A stretch of 64,000 nt of DNA from Octopus sinensis (taxonomy: Eukaryota): the NCBI RefSeq assembly GCF_006345805.1, contig NC_043005.1:71796001-71860000 (forward strand). Reading direction: 5' to 3'. Within the stretch, counting starts at the first letter, position 1. Each line of letters starts with the position of its first letter. This document shows, piece by piece, positions 11,395-22,761 of the stretch. The notes beneath the pieces are model-generated. The model was not told where the DNA came from, did no database searches, and was given only the letters and a program-made list of their open reading frames with translations. The position numbers and the translations under genes are program-made.

Positions 11395-11854
11395 GTATGT
11401 CCGTATGTATATATGTATGTATGTATGTGTATGTATGTGTGTATGTGTGTGTGTATGTATATGTGTGTGTATATGTATATGTGTGTATATGTATATGTTT
11501 GTGTATACGTATATGTGTGTGTATGTATATGTGTGTGTGTATACGTATATGTGTGTGTATATGTATGTGTGTGTATATATACATATGTGTATGTATATGT
11601 GTGTGTATATGTATATGTGTGTATATGTATATGTGTGTGTGTATACGTATATGTGTGTATATGTATATGTGTGTGTGTATACGTATATGTGTCTGTATAT
11701 ATACATATGTATGTGTGTGTATGTGTGTGTGTATGTATATGTGTGTGTATATGTATATGTGTGTATATGTATATGTGTGTATACGTATATGTGTGTGTGT
11801 ATTCATGTGTGTGTATATATACATATGTGTGTGTGTGTATATACATATATACAT
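11395..11854. repeat. Compound (GT)n/(AT)n microsatellite
   Basis: Direct reading; source of the long H/T/Y/I and V/C/M/Y pseudo-ORFs. Confidence 0.95.
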
Positions 11855-12292
11855 AGGCGCAGGAGTGGCTGTGTGGTAAGTAGCTTGCTTACCAACCACA
11901 TGGTTCTGGGTTCAGTCCCATTGCGTGGCACCTTGGACAAGTGTCTTCTACTATAGCCTCGGGCCGACCAAAGCCTTGTGAGTGGATTTGGTAGACGAAA
12001 ACTGAAAGAAGCCCATCGTATATATGTATATATATACATGATGATGATGATGATGATATATATATATGTGTGCGTGTATGTTTGTGTGTCTGTGTTTGTC
12101 CCCCTAGCATTGCTTGACAACCGATGCTGGTGTGTTTATGTCCCCATCACCTAGTGGTTCGGCAAAAGAGACCGATAGAATAAGTACTGGGCTTACAAAA
12201 AATAAGTCCCAGGGTCGAATTGCTCGATTAAAGGCGGTGCTCCAGCATGGCCGCAGTCAAATGACTGAAACAAGTAAAAGAGTAAAAGAGTA
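11855..12292 (+). mobile_element. SINE family A, full length, young
   Basis: aggcgcaggagtggctgtgtggtaag..ggttcagtccc..ggcggtgctccagcatggccgcagtcaaatgactgaaacaagtaaaagagtaaaagag. Confidence 0.95.
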
Positions 12293-12397
12293 ATATATAT
12301 AATCAGTGAATCATAAATCCCCAAAAGAAGCACACTCTAAGATACAGACCAATAGAGTATATAGATAAAGATAGATATGGCTGCCCTATGGTGTTAC

Positions 12398-12700
12398 CTT
12401 AGTAATAAAAGCATTCCTTTTAGCAAAAATATCTACCCTACCTGCTATATCTAAGTCATTGGTTAATTGTTTGGCTTCACAGTTGATGTTGTTGCAAAAT
12501 ATATGTGAGGAAGTACACCTTTAGTTCTGTAAAGTATTGTTCTATAACATCCTGTCATAAGTCTGGGCATCTATCCTATATAGATTTCTAGTTTTCTCTG
12601 AGAAGATTAGGGACCTGTTGGAATTTTTTAGTAGTCTGATTTCAGCGTGGAGCTTATGATGGAAGGAGCAAGAGGACTTATGGAATTTTAGACCAGCCAT
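12398..12700 (-). pseudogene. Penelope-like element (PLE) ORF relic, region just upstream of the RT core
   Basis: My translation, one frame with 2 stops: [99 protein letters not shown]. It resembles the PLE pattern DKTRNLY..Y..LL..N...INxEAK.I...L.I..RV...AK..AFITLKDH (from memory). Not in the ORF track. Confidence 0.75.
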
Positions 12701-12778
12701 ATCTATCTTTATCTATCTAATCTATCTATCTATTTATCTATCTATCTATATATCTATCTATCTATCCACTATCTATCC

Positions 12779-12873
<95 letters not shown>

Positions 12874-12909
12874 ATTATCTATCTAATCTATCTATCTATC
12901 TATCAATCC

Positions 12910-13002
<93 letters not shown>
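12699..13002. repeat. (TATC)n tetranucleotide microsatellite, ~300 bp
   Basis: Direct reading. Confidence 0.97.
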
Positions 13003-13003
<1 letters not shown>

Positions 13004-13965
13004 ATAAATATATGTATGTATGTATGCATGCATGTATGTATGAGTGTATGTATGCTTATATGTATGGATGGATGTTTGAAACTGTCTGTAAGTCCATTCT
13101 TTACATTGATCATAATTGCATTTATATTAATGATTAATTAACATCAGTGAAATATGTTTTCATTTCATTTACTACTGTTTTAATTACATTTTATAGGCTT
13201 TAAAAGATTGGTCTGATAAACTCTAGTTTATTTTAACTTTGTTTATTGTAGTGACATTTAAGTATAAATCTTTTGGGATTTCTATTAGGTTATATATGCC
13301 TACTTATATCATTACTGTGGGTTTAGAAAGTTACACATTGTACTGCGTTGTGGGAACAAGTACTACGAAGTGATTTTTACTGCTAAGTTTACTAATTCCC
13401 ATGTAGTATCTAAAATTATTTTATGCTGTTCACACCCTTCTACTGAGTAGTTCAGTTTGGTGTCAAAACAACAACGCTTTCCAGAAGAACAGCTGATGAT
13501 GGGGAGTATTTGTTTATTTAGATAAATTGTTGTTATTGCATGATACCCTTTTTAGATTTTTTTTACATAGTTTTACGCCTTTCAGCATTTCAGTGTTATC
13601 CTCGCTTTAAGTTCAAGTTATATATGACTTTTTTTATTGTCTTGTATGTGTTTTTGTCTAATTTCAAGTGTTTCTATTGTTTTTTTTAAATTCAATTTTG
13701 TGTTTAATGGATTACAAGGAACATCTGTGTAATTGGATCCTGTTTAATGTTTTAGATAATTATTTCTGTCAGTTCATTAAGAATTAAGTGATAACAAGAT
13801 TTATTAGGTTAGGTGTTGGCTAACACACACATGCACACAAACCTATAGATATACAATATTTTCATATGTATATAATGTGTGTGTGTATGAAAATATGTAC
13901 ATGTGTACATGTATATTCTATGTTTACATACACTTGTTTATGCATAAATATATATCTATATATGC

Positions 13966-13996
<31 letters not shown>

Positions 13997-14067
13997 TGTA
14001 TACCCCACCTCACACACACACTCGATACACAAGCACTCACATACTCACCAAAGAAGGCAATGGTTCA

Positions 14068-14130
14068 TCATCATCATCATTGTCGTTTAACATCTGCTTT
14101 CCATGCTGGCATGGGTTAGATGGTTCTCAC
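14068..14130 (-). mobile_element. RTE LINE extreme 3' end with (GAT)n tail
   Basis: catcatcattgtcgtttaacatctgctttccatgctggcatgggttagatgg matches the 62714 copy. Confidence 0.7.
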
Positions 14131-15435
14131 TTAATAGACATTCAGGCATTGAAAAACACATGAACATTATGATAATATCATATGCATTTTGCTGCATGCA
14201 TACATACATACGTACGTATGTACATACATATGTACATATGTACATACATAGATACATACATACAAACAAAAATACCCTATTGTTGATGTTGAAATTCCAG
14301 TGAATTCCATGTTGAAATTCCAGTGAAGGTCTAGGTTAGAAACCAGTTCCTTCTTTATTGGCAAGAAATCTTGAAATAAAATTGAACAATCACATACATG
14401 CATACATATATATTTTGGAGATAGCATTCTCAGATAATACAGAGAAGCACAATACCAGGGTGAACTTGAACCTTCAGACCAAGTATTAGTTATACAAGAT
14501 GAGAATCCTTAGGCCATTTCCTCATGTGGTATTTTGGTACACCTAAAGTTATTTCAATGCCTATATGTCTGTTCTCTATTGAAATACTCCACAAGCTTAA
14601 AGAACAAAGTATAGATTACAAATTCATTTTATTGAAAATTTTGGAATTGGCCAATATCAAACTAAATGAAATTGCTTTCAAATTTGATTTTCAAATAAAA
14701 CTGTTAACTTGGAGAAAAATTACATAGAAATCTTCTTTGAAAGTTTATTTAATTCTTCCGTATACCAATGATGATTATAATTATAATATCAACTATAATA
14801 ACAAAAGTTTTAAATTCATATGTTTTAGTAATTTACCAAACTTCTCTGTTATTTCTGTCTCATTCAGTCATTTTTAGAGAATATTTTATTGGTCATGAAA
14901 TGACAGCTATTAGATGTCTAAAACTTTGAATACTTTGATATTTTCAATGTGTATTCTTACAATCATTCCAAATTCTATATTTGTTGCCATTTCTTTACTG
15001 ATTTTTACACATTTTTCTATAGACGCAAAGAATATGTGTAAAGTGTATGAGAATGCTTGGCAAACGAATCTTGATTTTCATGTTCATTGATCTCTGAAAT
15101 CATCTCTATGCTTTGTTCAGAAGAGAGAATTAAACTAGGTTCAATGATCTTTATATATCATATTGTTTATATATGCTGTACCTATCGATACATGTGTATA
15201 CAATGATAAACAAATATATGGGTACATATGCATGAGTTCATATATTATTATTCATGTTTATACTGTTCTGCTGCTGCTATTATTATTGTTGTTGTTGTTA
15301 GTAGTAGTAGTATATAAACACATGTATGTATGTGTGTATATTGTAAATGCACAAATAAGTACATGAATATAATATACATTGTACACATAAAGACACACAT
15401 ACATACATATAATTGTGTGTGTGTATGCATACAGA

Positions 15436-15471
<36 letters not shown>

Positions 15472-15473
15472 TG

Positions 15474-15506
<33 letters not shown>

Positions 15507-15541
15507 GTATGTATGTATATATATGTTTGTATGTATGTATG

Positions 15542-15586
<45 letters not shown>

Positions 15587-15997
15587 TATATATACCTGTG
15601 CATATGCAGAAATAATTTAGAGTATATTTAATGAATAAATATATTTTGTATTACTATGAAAACATAACCTATAGATGAACCATTTAAGTTTTAGTATATA
15701 AAAGTTTAGGAGTGAAAATTGCCCAATAAGTTTCATCTTTCTTAAAGTTCACCCAGCTTCTTTTACATCACCATTCAATTACTGAAGTTAATAAGAATAC
15801 GTCTGCTTATTGAAAAATGTAAACAAGCTACATCTATCATAAAGAATGTGATATGACGGTATAGGTTTGATGGCTGAGTTCTAACTTTAAAAGAATTATT
15901 ATATTCACAATCCAATTGTGCTGGTAATTTTTCATTAAATACCTAGAATCGCGATTGTATTGTGAAGTAAATGTTTTTATACTAACAATATATATAT

Positions 15998-16407
15998 AGG
16001 CGCAGGAGTGGCTGTGTGGTAAGTAGCTTGTTTACCAACCACATGGTTCCGGGTTCAGTCCCACTGTGTGGCACCTTGGGTAAGTTTCTTCTGCTATAGC
16101 CTCGGGCCGACCAAAGCCTTGTGAGTGGATTTGGTAGGCAGAAACTGAAAAGAAGCCCGTCATATATATGTATATATATATATGCATGTGTGTGTTTGTG
16201 AGTCTGTGTTTGTCCCCCTAGCATTGCTTGACAACCGATGCTGGTGTGTTTATATCCCCGTTACTTAGCAGTTCAGCAAAAGAGACCGATAGAATAAGTA
16301 CTGGGCTTACAAAAGAATAAGTCCCGGAGTCGAGTTGCTCGATTAAAGGCGGTGCTCCAGCATGGCCACAGTCAAATGACTGAAACAAGTAAAAGAGTAA
16401 AGAGAGT
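15998..16407 (+). mobile_element. SINE family A, full length, young
   Basis: Near-identical to 11855-12292. Confidence 0.95.
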
Positions 16408-16724
16408 GATAGATCAATAGATAGTTAGACAGCTAGATAGATAGATAAAGGGAGAAAAAGAGAGATAGAGAGAGAAAAACATTCACAGTATGTGTGTATG
16501 TGTGTCCATGCTTATTTTTGTCTCTCACTACTTGACAACACTTTCTTTATGTCCCCACATAGTGACCCGGTGACAAAAATAAAGGTTGATAAGCTAAGTA
16601 CCGCACTTAAAAATAAGTACTGGGACCAATTTGGTCAATTAACCCCTGAATGTCATTCTACAGTATAGCCATATTCCTATGATTAAACCTAGCAAAATAA
16701 TCCTTTTAGGATAATAATAATAAT

Positions 16725-16890
16725 AATAGGCACAAGGCCCGAAATTTGGTGGGTTGAGGATATTCATCTAATACTTATTTAATCAACCCTGAAAGGATGA
16801 AAGGTAAAGTAACCTCATTGGAATTTGAACTCAGAATGAATGGTAATCTGAAAGAAATGCCACTAAGCATTTTGATCAGCATGCTAATAA
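16725..16890 (-). mobile_element. SINE family B, tail type 2, diverged
   Basis: ggcacaaggcccgaaattt..aaccctgaaaggatgaaaggtaaag..ggaatttgaactcagaat. Confidence 0.65.
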
Positions 16891-17065
16891 ATTTCTCAGC
16901 CCTGCAGAAATAAATCCCTCTGCTATTAGTTAAGGCCTAAAAGTTTTGGGGAGAGGGCTAATCAGTTAGATAAATCCCAGTGCTAACAATTTTGCCAGCT
17001 TGTCACCTTTAAACCAGTAAAATAACGAAGAGGCTTATATATATAAATATATATATATATATAAT

Positions 17066-17254
17066 CCACTCTGTTGGGTGGTTGGTGTTAGGAAGGGCAC
17101 CCAGTCATAAAATTCCTGCCAAAACTGACACAAAAGTCTAATGCAGGCTTCTGCTCAACCGGCTCTTGTCAAACCATCCTATGCATGCCAGCATAGAAGT
17201 CAGATGTTAAACGATGATGTTAATCATCATGATCATGATCACGACGATGATGAT
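17066..17254 (+). mobile_element. RTE LINE 3'-UTR fragment
   Basis: ggttggtgttaggaagggcacccag..catgccagcatagaagtcagatgttaaacgatgatg. Confidence 0.75.
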
Positions 17255-17272
17255 TTATGTATGTATATATGT

Positions 17273-17582
17273 GTGCTGGTGCCACATAGAATGCATTAGT
17301 GCTGGTACCACATTAAAAGTACTGGTTCTGGTACCTCATTAAGAACATTCATGCTGGTACCACATTAAAAGCACTGATGCTTGTACCACCTAAAAAGTAC
17401 TGGCAATAGTGCCATGTAAAAAGCACCAAGTACATTCTGTAAAGTGGTTGGTGTTAGGAAGGGCATACTGTTGTAGAAATCAAGCCAAAACCAGACTATT
17501 GCAGCTCCTGGCTTTACCAGCTCCTGTCAAGTTGACCAACCCATACTAGCATGGAAAAGAGACGTTAAATGACGATGATGAT
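17273..17582 (+). mobile_element. RTE LINE 3'-UTR fragment with ~5-6 internal ~28-30-bp repeats
   Basis: Repeated gctggt(g/a)ccacat(t/a)aaaagca motif, then ggttggtgttaggaagggcat and tail gacgttaaatgacgatgatg. Confidence 0.75.
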
Positions 17583-18269
17583 ATATGTATGTGTGTGTGT
17601 GTGTGTGTGTGTATGTTTCTGTGTGTCTTGTTGTAAAAACAAGAACATAGATGAATTTCAATGGGTTACTATAAATATTTTCAAAATTTATAGATCGCAG
17701 TGTTTATTCAGTTATTCTACTTTAACAAATTACTGACCAGTTATTGATCAATATCTCAAGAGTTCTTCACCGAGCATCATGACACCATATTAAACTTGAT
17801 GTGGGATTAAGTCTTGCATAACCGCAACACATTTATCACTTCCTTTCCAGACTGATGGTGATGCTATACACTGTAAAATACATCAACACACTGGAAAAAC
17901 TCAACAGTAAACACCACCTAAAATTAAATTATAAACATATTTTTAGTACTATATTCTTCAAAAACATGATACATTCCATTTAATGCTTATCACACTACTT
18001 ACATATGTTCATAAACATAAAAGTAAACCTCATATTTCAGTCATGTTTTCTATTTAATTTCCCAATTTGTTTCAATCGCTGGACCACAGCTATGTTGGGG
18101 CATCACTTTGAAAGGTTTCAATCCAACAAATCACCCTTTCTGGGACTTATAGTATTAGTCTTTTTTGCTGAACTTTTATGTTAAGGGGACACAGCTTGTA
18201 AACAAACTTGCACATACATGCATGCGTGTGCATGTGCACACACACACCACACACACACAATTATAAGTC

Positions 18270-18680
18270 CTGGAAGAAATTGTGCTAAATTTTGGTATTG
18301 AAAGCTACACCAATACCTGAACGGGATGACACTGCATAGTGCTAAAGGTCCCAGCAATGCCATTATGCTTCAGGACCAGATACTGCAACAGCCTGGGTTT
18401 CAAGGGCCCACAGCATTTTAATATTCTCTCAAAGAGTCTGAGGAACTTGCACAAAGTAGATGTAGCGGTTTTTAAATCAAAGCTGGACCTCTTCCTGTCG
18501 AGAGTCCCAGATGAACCTACCTCACGGTAAGAGGTGAAAATGAGGATAGCTATATCAAACTCCATGCTTCACCAAGTGCCACATATTAGAGGAGGCTCTT
18601 AGTAATAACAGTGTAGCAAAATGGCAGTGCATCAGCATGGCCACAGCTCTGAGCTGAAAATAGAGAAAAGAAAATGAAAA
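18270..18680 (+). mobile_element. CR1-clade LINE 3' fragment: ORF2 C-terminus, 3' UTR and tail
   Basis: Frame from 18270: LEEIVLNFGIESYTNT*TG*HCIVLKVPAMPLCFRTRYCNSLGFKGPQHFNILSKSLRNLHKVDVAVFKSKLDLFLSRVPDEPTSR*EVKMRIAISNSMLHQVPHIRGGS*. Fits the invertebrate CR1 end motif NS...GP.LFN.LP..LR......FK.KLD.FL..VPDEP; the two TGA stops look like CGA decay. Confidence 0.85.
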
Positions 18681-18852
18681 TTCATGTAATGTTTGCTGTT
18701 TTTGACATTAGAGAGGCACTTCATCTGACGGCATGGCTGCAGTCAAGTAGCTGAAAAAATAAACAAATAAAAGAATATATAGATATCTATCTATCTTTCT
18801 ATACGTATATATGGAATTACCTTAGGTCCATAGAGGGTTTAGCTTTTTGGTG

Positions 18853-19062
18853 TATCGAGTTACTGTTGAAAAGTTCCTGGCTTTAAGGGTATCATGAAAG
18901 GCCTTGTTGAAAGCCCAGCCTTGAGAATTCATTTACAGGTCTTAGAAAAACTGAAGGACCACTGCAATCTGAGAATGGAATATGGTGAATAAAACTATAA
19001 TTAACTGATCCTCCTATATTTTCTTTTACCCAAAACCAGGAACTTTTCAGTACACCCTCATA
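18853..19062. mobile_element. Mariner-type MITE (~210 bp)
   Basis: Inverted termini tgttgaaaagttcctggcttt / aaaaccaggaacttttcagtacaccctca followed by TA. Confidence 0.75.
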
Positions 19063-19075
19063 TACATATACATTA

Positions 19076-19241
19076 GCCACTGCACACATTTTTTCCTCTC
19101 CTTGTTTTTTTCTGTGTCCCTTTCTGTAGAAGAGCGTAGGCTCAAAACATAAAAGACTTTTACTATTCCTGAGCGTTATACTAATACATCTGTTTGTTTT
19201 GTACACCACCCGTCTTCGTCTTTTGTTTTTTCATAAACTCT

Positions 19242-19245
<4 letters not shown>
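19076..19245 (+). mobile_element. Probable PLE terminal (pLTR-like) fragment ending in a (TA)n run
   Basis: Contains the hammerhead-like motif at 19116-19157. Family assignment is inference. Confidence 0.45.
19116..19157 (+). ncRNA. Degenerate minimal type-I hammerhead-like motif
   Basis: gtcc-cttt CTGTAGA a GAGC-gtag-GCTC aAA ACAT A aaag-ac: helix I cttt/aaag, helix II 4 bp, helix III ACGT after undoing CpG decay. Core deviates at A6 and G12. Confidence 0.45.
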
Positions 19246-19282
<37 letters not shown>

Positions 19283-19450
19283 CGGCGCAAGCAAGGCAAT
19301 GTCGTAGGAGGTTTGCTTCCTAACCACTTGGTTCTGGGTTAAGTCCTGCTATGTGACACCTTGGACTAATGTTTTCTACTATAACCCCAACTGCTGAAAG
19401 CTTTGTGGGTGGATTTAGTTGACACAAGCTGAAAGAATCCCATTGTATAT
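19283..19450 (+). mobile_element. SINE family A, diverged 5' half
   Basis: ggcgcaagcaaggc..ggttctgggttaagtcc..gtggatttagttgacacaagctgaaagaatcccattg. Confidence 0.7.
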
Positions 19451-20071
19451 ATATATGTATATATATATATATATGTGTGTATGTATGTGCATATATATAT
19501 ATATATATACACACACAGTCACACTCATGATGTGTATGCATATATACACACACACACTTTCACATACATACATACATACATACATATATACATACATACG
19601 TAGATATAATTTTCCTTCATTTAATTTAACTTAACCTAACAATATTATTTTCCCAATATATGCAATTACAAAATTTCTCCCATAAATAGAAAGTTAAACC
19701 TCAACCATATATTATTTCACCTTCTTAATTTAATGTTTCAATGACTTTTATTTCATATGAAAAGACTTTTACAAAACATTTCTGTATAAAAGTGTCTGAA
19801 CAGAATTTAATACAAAATACAATTTACTCATAACTATCAGTTTTCAGAAAATTATTAAACATAAGTGAATGTATATATACATGGAAATATGTATAGTATA
19901 TGACACACAATTAGTTGTGTGCGTTTGCGTGTGAGTGTATAATATATATTTACATTTGTGCAGGTTATATACATTAAATATGACAGGTAGATATAGATAT
20001 ATATATGTATATACATACATATATATATGTATGTATATACATATATGCATGCTTATATATATCTGTATCTA

Positions 20072-20118
<47 letters not shown>

Positions 20119-20459
20119 ATACATACATATATATACATATATATATAAACATACATACATATACATATATATAAACATACATACATATATATACATATAT
20201 ATATAACATACATACATATACATATATAAACATATATATATATATATATACACACTGTATACATACTTTCTGTTTCTATTTTTCTTTTGCTACATTAAAT
20301 AAGAAAACTATTATTATTGTATATCTTTGAATTGTATCAAGAATGAATTTAAAGTTGCAGTATTCAGTTGTTTTTTTTCTTTTCTTTGATATTTATTTCT
20401 TTCCATTTACATATGTATAATCGGTATTATATTTTCCATTTCTTTCTTCCATTACACAG

Positions 20460-20541
20460 AAAATGCACCATTTTGAAGAAAGGCTAAACCAATGGACTGT
20501 GTTAATTCTGTGCCTTACTGGTGGATTTATGTCGGATAATG
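20460..20541 (+). CDS. Candidate first coding exon, signal-peptide-like: MHHFEERLNQWTVLILCLTGGFMSDN(G), ends in phase 1
   Basis: Acceptor ttttccatttctttcttccattacacAG (20458-59), AAA-ATG at 20463, strong donor G|GTGAGT at 20542, open frame, hydrophobic stretch WTVLILCLTGGFM. Protein not recognised. Confidence 0.45.
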
Positions 20542-20984
20542 GTGAGTAAAACAAATATTTTTTTAATGCATAAAACAAAGAAAAACTTTGCTTCTATTAT
20601 TTCAGAAGCAGTTTCCTTTTCCAAGATCTGAGTCTCTGACTGTGATATATGCTTTTCTTTCTCTTTACAATTTTCGTTTTCATTATTCTATTTCATAAAA
20701 TATAATGTTTGCTATATCATTTATTATTCTTATATTTATTAAAACACAAAAGAAAAATAGCATCTTTTCTGTTAGAGAAATTGTTTACATTTCTTATACA
20801 AATATAATTTTCTTTGCTCATTGTCAGAGGAAAAAAAAAAACAGTATTAAATTTAAATCTGAAAAGGTTATACATGACGTGTTAAAATAATAGTTTCTAC
20901 CTGGATTTTATTTCTTTTCTGTATGACACAATTCAAAATTTAACACAAGAATTCAGTTTATCAGCATTCATATAGATGACCAAT

Positions 20985-21740
20985 TAAATCTGGGATCAAC
21001 TGTTTGATGCTCAAATAACTTACCTATATCTTATTGCCAAGCTGATAAATTATTGTGATCAACTGCAACAGGAGCAGATATCATCTTATCGTATTCTCAG
21101 CTCAGATGAACAATTATATCAGAAGCAAATATCCAAACTTTATCTTGATTTCAGATGGTGAATTAAAGATATGATCAACAGTCTTTGAATAAAATATGTA
21201 ACCTAATCTTGCTCTAACAATAAAGCTTGTTAAATGGATTGATAATAACTTGCATTTTATAGTTCTCATCTGGCATTATGTAGATCATAATTCTTATCAG
21301 AAAGATTAATTTCTTTACAAAGCTCTATAATTTCTTTTTGGCTTCTTTTTGTTTTTACTCTTTTTTCTTTGTATGTGATAGAATTCAAAACAATACTGAG
21401 ATCTTAGTTAGCAAATGACAAATAAAAAAATGCTACCATCTGTATCCAAACCAAATATTCTAAATTTAATTTTGTTTTCATATCAGAGGATCATTTTAAG
21501 CTGGAATGAAATGCATCAACATCAAACTGCCTAACTTTACTTTGATCTCAGATCAGATTTCCAACAAAGTTGGGATCAGATTAATCAAAATCACATAACT
21601 TAACCTTATTTCAATCTCAGCTCAAATAGCTTATCAGAATCAAAAATATCCACACCTTATCTTATTCTCAACTTCATAAACCTCATGCAATCAATTAAAG
21701 CTTGGATCACCAGTATCAAATCCACACATCCTGATCTTAA
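20985..21740. repeat. Ancient degenerate ~60-bp tandem repeat
   Basis: Recurring gatcaac(t/a)g at about 20995, 21057 and 21174; atcagaagcaaatatccaaactttatcttg (about 21118) resembles atcagaatcaaaaatatccacaccttatctta (about 21633). Confidence 0.45.
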
Positions 21741-22650
21741 GTTATATGTTCTTTACTTGCTTTATATTTCATGGTGTGCAGAGAAACTGGTTTTCATTGT
21801 AATGTGTAATTTCTGTGCGTTAGTAAGATATCCCATATTCAATGGTCAAATATAATTGTCATTCAATATCTGTTGATTCTGTTATTGAGATGGTTTATCA
21901 ACCTCAATTTTTTTATCCTTACAATGTTTATTTGATTTATTTGGCTCTTCATTTAAAATTATTTACATTATCAATTATACTGAATGCATTTAAATGTACA
22001 CACATGCACGTGTACACACACACACATACGTACATACGTACATGTATATATATGGAGTGGGAACTGTATTTTGCAAAAATACATATCATGTGAAGGTGAA
22101 TAGACTAAAAGACAAATTAATACAGAGTGTATTATTTGAAAAAGAAGCAAAGTTATTCATCTAAAATATCAATATTTCTTAAAGAAATATGTAAAAAGCA
22201 ATTAGAAATTGTAATTGTACATAAAATAATATTTAATATGTTTACATTAAATAGATTAAAAATCAAATGTCAATTCAGAAAATAGTAATTTGTGTTTTCA
22301 ATCGATGGCCAGAGAAGTAGCTATAGCTTCGTCATTCAGCTATCAAAATATTCTTCTAGAGAGTATAGAAACACATTGTGGTTTCATTGTTGCTTACAGG
22401 TGTTATGGAGGTTCACAGTACTAAATATACTTAAAAAGAGGGAAAGATGCTACTATCCTCCTTATCATTTACGTCTAATTTTTCATGTTTACATGGGTCA
22501 CATAGAGAGTGCTGATGCAGATTTTCTATGGCCAATGTTTCCTCAAAAGATTGGAAAAGAATGACAATACTTGTCTGAGAGTCACAACTATCATATGATA
22601 TCAAGACAATGAGACACAAACATACACACATACATACATATATACATATA

Positions 22651-22730
22651 CATCTTCTTCATCGTTTAACGTCTGTTTTCCATGCTGGTATGGGTTGGAC
22701 AGTTCGACTTGATGTATATATACATATATT

Positions 22731-22761
<31 letters not shown>

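Noticed and set aside
17790-17870. Minus-strand terminal-exon candidate CIASPSVWKGSDKCVAVMQDLIPHQV*
   Set aside because: Only a moderate acceptor, no recognisable homology, and no partner exon found on that strand.
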